DNA of 64,000 bases, taken from NCBI GenBank assembly GCA_965213685.1, contig CBDBZY010000031.1, positions 256,001 to 320,000 of the forward strand, given 5' to 3'. Position 1 is the first letter of the stretch. The number at the start of each line of letters is the position of its first letter. Below the pieces are notes generated by a model that worked only from the letters and a program-made list of their open reading frames with translations, had not been told where the DNA came from and did not search any database. The position numbers and the translations under genes are program-made. The DNA comes from a bacterium. GTDB taxonomy: Bacteria > UBA8248. Positions 39,337 to 47,398 of the stretch are shown one piece after another.

Positions 39337-39828
39337 TCATCTTCTTGCTTTCTTGTGGAACTGCACCAACCCCAGCACGTCCTGCCACACGAGACGCCCG
39401 ATGGGCCCCGTGCTGTACACACCCACGGCCACCACGCCGTCGGGCCTGAGAACATAGCCCGTGCTGTGAAGAATCTGGCGCTTCTCTTCGTAAAAACAAC
39501 CGGTGCGCTCGGAAATCTGCTTGTTGTCGAGACCGTAGCCTACAGGAAAGCGCACTTCGCATTCATCCACCGTTCCCCTGGCCTGCTCCTCCGTGTCCAC
39601 GGAGGCTGCAACAACCCGGACGCCCTCCTCGGCGAGCTTCGCAGCCCGATCGAAGGCCGTCAGCTGCTGCTTGCAGTACGGTCACCAGTGCCCGCGATAC
39701 AGGAGAATCACCCCCCAGCCACCCGCCAGGTCGCCGGGAAGGGAGATTTTGCCCCCGCCCACCTGGTCCATCTCGAGATTCGGGAAGGAATCACCCGAAT
39801 CGAGCATCTCGTCCGTCATGCGTGGCAT
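39337..39828 (-). CDS. Peroxiredoxin-like (AhpC/TSA) selenoprotein with a UxxC motif
   Basis: Reading through TGA at 39682-39684 gives a continuous 163-aa frame (GDSFP...LLYRGHW-U-PYCKQQL...ASVD); AGGAGG RBS; hairpin 3' of the TGA. Confidence 0.85.
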
Positions 39829-40009
39829 CCATCCACCCTCCTAAGAATGAACGAAACGAAAACGACCCTGAAAAAAATCATGAGGCCAACCGGTTCATCG
39901 TTTATACCTGCGCACCGGAGATATTTCAAACCGGACGGCGTCCCTCCCGACCTGCCGCCCCGACCTGCCGCGCAGGCGCGATTTGGAGGTTTTTCGCCCC
40001 CCTGTGCGC

Positions 40010-40039
40010 TTGACAACCGGAGCGCCCGCTTTCTAGCAT
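40010..40039 (+). promoter_or_regulatory. Sigma70-like promoter whose -10 overlaps a CATG
   Basis: TTGACA-18 bp-TAGCAT(G). Confidence 0.6.
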
Positions 40040-40067
40040 GGAGCCACTTTTTTCGGGAGACACCTCC

Positions 40068-40346
40068 ATGAGCCATGTCGTTTCGTGTGAATGCAAGAAC
40101 ATCCAGCTGCAGGGAGAATATGAAAAGGCGTCCTGTGCCTGCAATCGGGAGGTGCGCCTCTCCGAGCGGGATGCGGAGCGCTATCTTCCCCGAGACGAAT
40201 CCCAGAAAAACCAGATCATCTCCAAGGAATGCCGGATTCCTCCCCTCACCAGCGTCATCCGGTATGGGCGGGATTACTATGTGCTCAAAAAAGGCAGGGT
40301 GATGCGGAAGGGGTTCCGCAGAACGCTTCCCGAATATCGGCAGTGA
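40068..40346 (+). CDS. Small Cys-rich hypothetical protein (92 aa)
   Basis: GGAG RBS, upstream promoter, two CxC motifs; family not recognised. Confidence 0.55.
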   Translation: MSHVVSCECKNIQLQGEYEKASCACNREVRLSERDAERYLPRDESQKNQIISKECRIPPLTSVIRYGRDYYVLKKGRVMRKGFRRTLPEYRQ

Positions 40347-40483
40347 CGAGGGCGCCCGGCGGTTTTGACCTGAAAATTCATCGCGTTCGGGCATGCAAAA
40401 CATGATGCCGATTCGTTCGATCGCCGGATGGAGAGCATGATACCATGATGAAGCGCACCTCCGCACCTCCGCACATGAAAACT

Positions 40484-41217
40484 ATGACCCTGTAGCATCA
40501 TCCGCCGAACCTTCCTCCGAACCCGCATCACGCATTGAGCGCAAGGATTTCCGCGCGTTTCTGAGCGCGCTGCCCGAGGGTTCTGTCGACCTGATCCTCA
40601 CCGATCCGCCCTACGCCATCAGCCGCAAGACCGGTTTCGCCAACGTGAAGGCGGGCGTCCGGCGCTTCGCCGTCTCGATGGACTTCGGCGAATGGGATCA
40701 TGAGCCGATTGACCTGGATGCGCTCTCGGACGCCTCCTACAGGGCGCTGCGGCCCGGCGGAACGGCGATCGTATGGTATGACCTCTGGAAGCTCGGACGC
40801 CTGGCCGACGCCATGGCCGCCGCCGGCTTCAAGATGCTGCGGCTCATCGTATGGAACAAGACAAACCCCGTCCCGCTGAACTCCCGGGCCATATACCTGT
40901 CCAACGGACGCGAGACCGCCGTGCTTGGGGTGAAGCGGGGCAAGCCGACGTTTCATAGCCAATACGACAAGGGCGACTACTCCCTACCCATTCCCAGACA
41001 CAACGGCGCGCGCATCCACCCGACGCAAAAGCCGCTGGGCCTGTTCCAGGAGCTGATCCGCAAGCACAGCAACAGGGGCGACCTCGTGGTCGACCCGTTC
41101 CTGGGCGGCGGAACGACCGCAATCGCCGCCATCTCGGAGGGGCGCCGGTTCGCCGGCTGCGACATTGACTCCAGATACGTAACCGCTGTCCGGAAGCGAA
41201 TCCATGCGCAAGCCTAG
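40484..41217 (+). CDS. N4/N6 DNA methyltransferase (beta class); 5' end appears frameshifted
   Basis: In-frame SVDLILTDPPY (about 40582-40614), HPTQKP, VVDPFLGGGTT; no in-frame ATG/GTG/TTG upstream of DPPY. Confidence 0.85.
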
Positions 41218-41824
41218 CAAGAAGGACAAATTTCTTGCGCTGGCCAAGCCCGACAAATACGGATTTTCGCGGATGGTTCCCATAGAGGAGCTGGAGAAAA
41301 ACGACCTCGGCTTCGGCAACGGCGGAAGCTGGTGCCGAGAGGACGGGGCGTTGGCGAAACAGTTCAACGTGGAGCGCAAGAAGGAAAAAAACCGCATCGT
41401 CGGCGTTCGGCTGCACGGATGGAAAAAGAACCCGATTCAAAAAACCATCCCCCCACACATCAGAAAGATGATAGTAGCGCGCCCATGCGCGGTTCTGCAT
41501 ACAGGACGCTCGGAATGCGATCACAAAGACGGGCGACTGGACGGGCCCAGTGCGAACCCGGATGATTTTCAGCCCCTGTGCAAAGCCGTCAACAACGCGA
41601 AACGCCAGCACTGCAAAAAGTGCAGGGAAACAGAAGAGAGATTCGACGCGAGAGTCCTTGGATACCGGAAAGGACAATGGGCGGGGAACGGCAGATATAT
41701 GGGGTCCTGCACCGGCTGCTATTGGCATGACCCGCATACGTTCAATCAGAAAGCCTCCGAAAACTGGGGCGTCCTTCGCGGCACCCCCCAGGCCAACGGC
41801 CCGGGCAACGTGGAGGATGCATGA
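41204..41824 (+). CDS. NlaIII/IceA1-like HNH-type restriction endonuclease
   Basis: FLALAKPD..G.SR, GNGGSWCR, DHKDGR, DDFQPLCKA.N..KRQ.CKKC, C.GCY..DP, as recalled for NlaIII/IceA1; overlaps the MTase stop. Confidence 0.8.
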   Translation: MRKPSKKDKFLALAKPDKYGFSRMVPIEELEKNDLGFGNGGSWCREDGALAKQFNVERKKEKNRIVGVRLHGWKKNPIQKTIPPHIRKMIVARPCAVLHTGRSECDHKDGRLDGPSANPDDFQPLCKAVNNAKRQHCKKCRETEERFDARVLGYRKGQWAGNGRYMGSCTGCYWHDPHTFNQKASENWGVLRGTPQANGPGNVEDA

Positions 41825-42058
41825 GCCGATGACCGCGACAAGGGGGGAACAGACGCGCACAGGCCCGGGCGCGGGGGCACAATGCGGGCAGCCCCGCGCG
41901 TTGTCGTGGGCGGCGTCCGTCGACGCCACGGCAAAAGCGGCCTGTCCCGGGCGGGCGAGGCGAATCCCCTCCGCGCCTTTTCGCCCGCGAACGTTTTTTG
42001 GTGCTAAAATGGCTTCCGTGGAACTCCAAAACACGCGAGCCCGGGGAGGAGGGGGAGG

Positions 42059-42421
42059 ATGCGCGCCAAAAAGTATCGCTGGGACGAGATGCCCGAGGAG
42101 GTCGTGACCGATTCTCTCTCACGGAAAATGGTGGTGGGAGAAAAGGAGATGCTGTGCTGGCTCCGGCTCAAGCCCGGCTGCCTGGTGCCCATGCACAGCC
42201 ACGAGCATGAGCAGATATCGCACGTCATCCAGGGAAGGCTCCGCTTCGTCGTCGACGAGGAGGCCGTGGAAATCGGGCCTGGGGAAACCCTTCTGATCCC
42301 GCCGAACGTCCCCCATTCCGCGGAAGTCGTGGGCGATGAAACGGTGCTGGACTACGATATATTCAGCCCCGTTCGCGAAGACTGGCTCGACGGGAGCGAC
42401 AGCTATCTGAGAGAGGAATAA
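42059..42421 (+). CDS. Cupin-domain protein
   Basis: PMHSHEHEQI...IPPNVPHSA...DIFSPVREDW; strong RBS. Confidence 0.88.
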   Translation: MRAKKYRWDEMPEEVVTDSLSRKMVVGEKEMLCWLRLKPGCLVPMHSHEHEQISHVIQGRLRFVVDEEAVEIGPGETLLIPPNVPHSAEVVGDETVLDYDIFSPVREDWLDGSDSYLREE

Positions 42422-42555
42422 CGCGCGAGTCCCCATCCGCCCGGCCCGTGGAGAGGCCCCAAGGGTCAGGAGCGCCAAGCGCCATCCCGCGATCTTCTCC
42501 CCCCTCCCCGCCCACGACGGCGGCGGCGGGAAAAAGCCGCGGACCTCCCTCGCAT

Positions 42556-42724
42556 ACGCGAGATATTGTATCCACAACCCGTTATGACACTATATATAGA
42601 TTCCCCATAACCGATTGCTTCTTATGCGGTAATTCGTCTCCCCCCATCTGGATAAACTGTGCGTAAAATGAGATTTTTACCCTATATGTTGTGTAGCCAA
42701 AAGAAAACACACTATATCGGGTAT
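42556..42724. promoter_or_regulatory. Cluster of four NrdR-box-like palindromes and DnaA-like boxes
   Basis: 16-mers at 42556, 42587, 42679 and 42709 match acaCwAtATaTwGtgt; DnaA-like 9-mers at 42568, 42647 and 42658. Confidence 0.7.
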
Positions 42725-42907
42725 GGACTACGAGACATATGGAGACGCGCCGCGCGCCCTATTCCGGAGAGAAATCTTATCCGCGCAGAACAGCCAGCGT
42801 TCAAGACAGGCGCATCCGCCCCGCCTTCCAGAAGATGATGCCCGCCATCCCGCCGAGCGCGCCCCTCCAGGGGGGAGAGGGCTTCTTCCCCGCCACGTGC
42901 GACAACA

Positions 42908-42950
42908 AAAAAAGCCCCCCCCTCCCTCACCGGGAAGGGGGCGGCTTTCG
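42908..42950 (-). terminator. Rho-independent terminator of hflKC
   Basis: GC-rich hairpin followed by T7 on the minus strand just after the hflC stop. Confidence 0.7.
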
Positions 42951-42964
42951 CTGGAGGGAATTCG

Positions 42965-43861
42965 CTATTCGGATTTTTTCCCCTTTGAGTCCTGCAGGAA
43001 GCGGAGGAAATCACTGTTCGCGGGCAGGACGAGGGTCGTCTTGTCCTTCAGGGAGCGGCGGTACACTTCCAGGCTCTTCAGGAAGGCGTAGAATTCCCGA
43101 TCCTGCCGGAACGCCCGGGCGTTGATGTCGATGCTCTTGGCGTCCCCCTCGCCCTTGATGGTCTGTTCTTGCTCATAGGCCTCCGCCAGAAGCACGTCCC
43201 GCTCCCGGTTGGTTTCCGCGCGTATCTTCTCGGCCTGCTCCTTGCCTTCCGAGCGATACTGGCGGGCGATTCGCTGCCGCTCGGCCTGCATGCGCCCGTA
43301 GATCGCCTTCAGGTTCTCCGCGGGCAGATCCGCGCGCTTCAGGCGGACGTCCACTATCTGGATGCCGTATTCGCGCGCCTTCTTGTCGCTCGCCTCGGTG
43401 ACTTTCCCCATCAGCTGCTCGCGATCCTTCGCCACAATGTCGATCAAGTCCTTGCGGCCCAGCTCCAGGCGCAACTCGCTGTAGATGATGTCGTCCAGCC
43501 GCGCTTGTGCCCCCGTTTCGTTCCGGACGGTGCGGAGAAACTGCAGGGGGTCAATGATGCGCCAGCGCGAGAAATTATCCACCACCAGGGTTTTCTTGTC
43601 CTGCGTGATGATCTCCGTCGGGTTGGAGTCATACTCGAGGAGGCGGCGGTCGAAAAACGAGAGCTGCTCCAGAAACGGGACCCGGTAGTGAAGCCCCGCC
43701 TCGCGCAAAACCCGCACGGGCTTCCCGAAGCGGGTGACGACCACTTGCCGGTCTTCTCGGACCGTGAACAAAAACGAATTGAGGCCGACGAGGACGAGCA
43801 CGCCCGCAACAACCAGGGCGATCGTCTTTTTGGGTAGTTGGACCGAGCCCTCGGCGCTCAT
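42965..43861 (-). CDS. hflC: FtsH modulator HflC
   Basis: SPFH domain, DKKTLVVD...WRI.DP, RMQAERQRIA..YRSEG, EFYAFLKSLE.Y. Confidence 0.95.
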   Translation of the reverse strand: MSAEGSVQLPKKTIALVVAGVLVLVGLNSFLFTVREDRQVVVTRFGKPVRVLREAGLHYRVPFLEQLSFFDRRLLEYDSNPTEIITQDKKTLVVDNFSRWRIIDPLQFLRTVRNETGAQARLDDIIYSELRLELGRKDLIDIVAKDREQLMGKVTEASDKKAREYGIQIVDVRLKRADLPAENLKAIYGRMQAERQRIARQYRSEGKEQAEKIRAETNRERDVLLAEAYEQEQTIKGEGDAKSIDINARAFRQDREFYAFLKSLEVYRRSLKDKTTLVLPANSDFLRFLQDSKGKKSE

Positions 43862-44892
43862 CGCTTCGTCACCCCTTCTATGCCATTCCCCCGCAACGGG
43901 AGGATGGGCAAGACCCCGGATTTGCCCTGATTCAGGATCACCTTGTCCACCGTCGGCATCACCTCCTGCATCATTTCCAGATACAGGCGCTCGCGCGTAA
44001 TGGCCGGCGCCTTCCTGTATTCCTCCAAGGTAGCGAGAAAGCGGTTCGCATCTCCGCGCGCGTGCCGAATCTTGGTCTCCCGGTATGCTTCGGATTTTCT
44101 GAGGACGGCGGCCACCTTGCCGCGCGTCTCCGGTATCACCTGGTTTTGATAGCCCTGCGCTTCATTCACGAGGCGGTTTCTGTCCTCCCGGGCGCTCGCC
44201 ACGTCCTTGAAGGCATGAATCACCTCCTTCGGAGGCGTCACGTCCTGCAGCTGCACCGCCGCCACGCGCAAACCGGTCTCGTATCGATCCAGTATCTTCT
44301 GCATCTCCACCAGCGTCTCCTGCTGAATGGCGCCCTTTCCCGTGGTGAGTGCCTCGTCAATGGGCTTGCTGCCCACCACCTGGCGGATGGCGGCCTCCGC
44401 CGCGTGCACCACTGTCTCCCTGGGATTGCGCACCTTGAAGAGATACTTGTCCGCCTCCACGATGCGATACTGAACGATCATGTCCACATCCACCATGTTC
44501 TCGTCGCCGGTCAGCATCCTCGACTCATGGGGCTTGTCCGAATACCGCGCCGGAGGGCCCGGGTCGATGGTGCGGAAGCCGATCTCCACGCGCTTCACCT
44601 CCGTCACCTTCGGCGTATACGCGGTCTCCATCGGGAAGGGGAGGTGATAGTTCAGGCCGGAAGACACCACGCGATCAATGCGTCCAAATCGAAGGACGAT
44701 CCCCTGCTCATCCGGCCCCACGCTGAAGATGCCGGACGCCAGCCATATCAGCACGGCGACAACGAATATGGCGACGGACGGCAGCTTGAAACCGGGCAGG
44801 CGGAACTGGGGCAGCTTGATCTGCTGCGGCATCCCGCCGCCGCCGCCACCGCCCTGTCTTTTCGATTTGAACTCATCCCAGTCCATTGGCAT
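43858..44892 (-). CDS. hflK: FtsH modulator HflK
   Basis: MLTGDENMVDV, AFKDVASARED, RERLYLE; Gly-rich N-terminus. Confidence 0.95.
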   Translation of the reverse strand: MPMDWDEFKSKRQGGGGGGGMPQQIKLPQFRLPGFKLPSVAIFVVAVLIWLASGIFSVGPDEQGIVLRFGRIDRVVSSGLNYHLPFPMETAYTPKVTEVKRVEIGFRTIDPGPPARYSDKPHESRMLTGDENMVDVDMIVQYRIVEADKYLFKVRNPRETVVHAAEAAIRQVVGSKPIDEALTTGKGAIQQETLVEMQKILDRYETGLRVAAVQLQDVTPPKEVIHAFKDVASAREDRNRLVNEAQGYQNQVIPETRGKVAAVLRKSEAYRETKIRHARGDANRFLATLEEYRKAPAITRERLYLEMMQEVMPTVDKVILNQGKSGVLPILPLRGNGIEGVTKR

Positions 44893-45001
44893 GAGCGTTT
44901 CTCCTGTTTGGCTATGAGGCAACGTAAAATCACCCTCTGGGGCGGAGGCGCGCTCCTCCGTCCTCCACCGGGGTTCACCCTATGCGGGTTATGGGTTCAA
45001 G

Positions 45002-45965
45002 TCAACCGGCCCGCATCGGTTTTTCGCGCACCGCGTTTCGGGCTTTCATGATTTGCCGGCGCGAGGGCAACCCTCCTTGTGCCCCGCGTTTGCGCACCGA
45101 ACAAGACCCCGCGCCCACGGCGAAGCGAACCGCGTCCCCCCATCGCGCGCCCTCTGCGAGCCTGGCCGCGAGCGCGCCGCAAAAGGCGTCGCCCGCACCC
45201 GTCGCGTCCACCGCCCGAAGCCCGGCGGGGGGCGTCAGCCAGGAGGCCTCCTCCCCGTCCAGAAAAAAAGCGCCTCTTTCCCCCGCCGTGATGATGACGC
45301 GGGAGGGCCCCATCGCCTGCAAGGCGCGCGCGGTGCGCAGGAACTCCCGATCCCGCGCGGGGATTTTCCCGAGTCCGGCCAGATGCGCCGCCTCCGTTTC
45401 GTTCGGCACCAGCGCGTCGGTCAGCCGAAGCAGATCCGCGGGCAAATCGTCCGGCGCCGGCGCCGGGTTCAGGATGTTGCGGGCGCCGCGTTTTTTTTCC
45501 CATCCGGAACGCGGCCGCAACCGACGGGACGGGAACCTCGAGCTGGGCCAGGACAACCTCTCCAAAATCCAGAAGCCCCGGCTTCCTCCTCATCCGCCCG
45601 GGCGTGAGGAAGCCGTTCGCGCCGGGGGCCACGGCGATCTGGTTCTCGCCGCCCTGATCCACCAGGATCAGCGCCGTGCCCGTGCCCTCTCCGCAGCACA
45701 GGACGCCATCCGGCGATATTCCGTTTTTGGCCAGATGACGGCGATAGGCGTCGCCTCCCGGGTCGCCCCCCAGCATGGTGATGAAACGAACCTCCGCGCC
45801 GGCGCGGGCGGCCGCCAAAGCCTGGTTCGCCCCCTTCCCCCCAAAATGATCCTCCCGCTTTCCTCCCAGGACGGTTTCGCCCGCAGACGGAAGTTTGTCC
45901 ACGCGAACGACGATGTCGATATTCGAGCTGCCCAGCACCAATACCTCGTTTTTCCTATGCTCCAT
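45002..45965 (-). pseudogene. rbsK: Ribokinase split by a frameshift at an A8 run
   Basis: GSSNID, GGKGANQA and QLEVP in one frame; NPAPA, PNETEA and DATGAGDAF in another; junction at 45491-45498. Confidence 0.88.
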
Positions 45966-46977
45966 CGGCGTCCCATCCGCGATACCTTTGCAGGTGCCGC
46001 ATGAAAAACCCCAAAAATCCCTCGACGTCCACATCCAGGGCCACCTCGACCCGATTTTGGGCGCCGCGCGGCCTCATGCCCTCTCGCAAATCCACCAGCG
46101 TCATTCCGCGCGCGACGCCCCCGCTCGCATCGACGTCCACGCGACAGTCCACGGTCTCGACGAAGCCCGGCCGCATCGCGACCGCAAGCGCCAGCGGATC
46201 GTGCAGGGTAATATCGTCCGCCCCCCTGCGCTCCCTGGCGAACCGCGCGTACGTCCGGATGAGGTCCCGGAGCGCCGCCCGGAACGGACCGCCGCCCTCC
46301 AGTGCGCGGACGCGAAGGAGCGCGCGCCTCGTGACGTCCAGCCCCACCATGGTGATGGGCAACCCCGACGCGAATACCTCGGCCGCCGCCTGGGGGTCGC
46401 AATAGACGTTGAACTCGGCGGCGGCCGTCACGTTCCCGGGCATCCGGGCGGCGCCTCCCATGACGACGATCCGCCGCACGCCGGACAAGGCGTCGGGCGC
46501 GCGCCGGAGCGCCAGGGCGAGATTCGTCAACGGCCCCAGCGCGATGATGGTCAACGCCGGGCCCAGCTCCCGGGCCTGCTCGATGATGACGTCGCAGGCC
46601 GGCCTCGCGCTTCCCCTGGCGGCCGGCTGGCGGAGCCGGCCTCTGTTCCGGAACATCTCCCCCAGTCCCTCCGGCCCGTGAATCATGCGCGATTCGGCCC
46701 GGCTCATGCGGCGCTTGTCGAGGGCGGTGGAGGCGCCCCGATACACGGGTGCGGCCGGGGCGGGACGCTCGAGATGCGCGCGCAGAAACGCGGTGATTCT
46801 TCTCGCGTTCCGATAGGCCAGACGCGCGGAAACGTTGCCGTGGACGGTCGTCACGGCGACATACCGAAAGATGGGGGACGCGAAGCCCATCGCCAGGGCG
46901 AGTGCGTCGTCCACGCCCGGGTCGCAATCCACCAGGGCGTATCGGGGGACGGATTCCCCGTTGCCTGCCGCCGTCAA
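45955..46977 (-). CDS. Inosine/uridine-preferring nucleoside hydrolase
   Basis: DCDPGVDDALAL, HGPEGLG, GPLTNLA, AEFNVYCDP, LHDPLA; TTG start inferred. Confidence 0.9.
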   Translation of the reverse strand: MTAAGNGESVPRYALVDCDPGVDDALALAMGFASPIFRYVAVTTVHGNVSARLAYRNARRITAFLRAHLERPAPAAPVYRGASTALDKRRMSRAESRMIHGPEGLGEMFRNRGRLRQPAARGSARPACDVIIEQARELGPALTIIALGPLTNLALALRRAPDALSGVRRIVVMGGAARMPGNVTAAAEFNVYCDPQAAAEVFASGLPITMVGLDVTRRALLRVRALEGGGPFRAALRDLIRTYARFARERRGADDITLHDPLALAVAMRPGFVETVDCRVDVDASGGVARGMTLVDLREGMRPRGAQNRVEVALDVDVEGFLGFFMRHLQRYRGWDADGA

Positions 46978-47149
46978 AGCGCGCCTCTCATATGTGAGGA
47001 GAATGTGCGCCGCCTCGCACGGGCGTAGGGACTTCGTCCGCAGTCCGCGCGAATCCGCGTGATATGTTGAATAATATACCTTTGCGGGATGACGGAACAC
47101 CCGGCCGTCCGGACAAAACGCAAAGGATAGGACTCCATAACGATAGATA

Positions 47150-47316
47150 TATCAATGATCTAGAGCAAAAATCCCATTGCGTTTCATTATTTCCATTCCG
47201 CCCCCCGCATCGACAAAACCCGTCAAACTCTTATATTTCAATAGCTTGTGCGAAATTCGCCCGCCCGGAAATTGACAAAGAGCATATTTTCATATACTTA
47301 TGGCTGTTTATAGAAT
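47150..47316. promoter_or_regulatory. AT-rich divergent promoter region with IHF-like sites
   Basis: TTGACA at 47272 with TATACT nearby; near-matches to WATCAA-n4-TTR at 47150 and 47236. Confidence 0.35.
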
Positions 47317-47398
47317 TTGCGTTGCCTGGAGCCACCCGGACCGACACAGTGCCGTTCTTTGCTGTCCCTACTTCAAGAGGCTTGCCCACAACCTAGAA

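Noticed and set aside
42723-43125. Plus-strand ORFs downstream of the NrdR boxes
   Set aside because: They run through the hflC terminator and into hflC, are Pro/Arg-rich and resemble no nrd protein.
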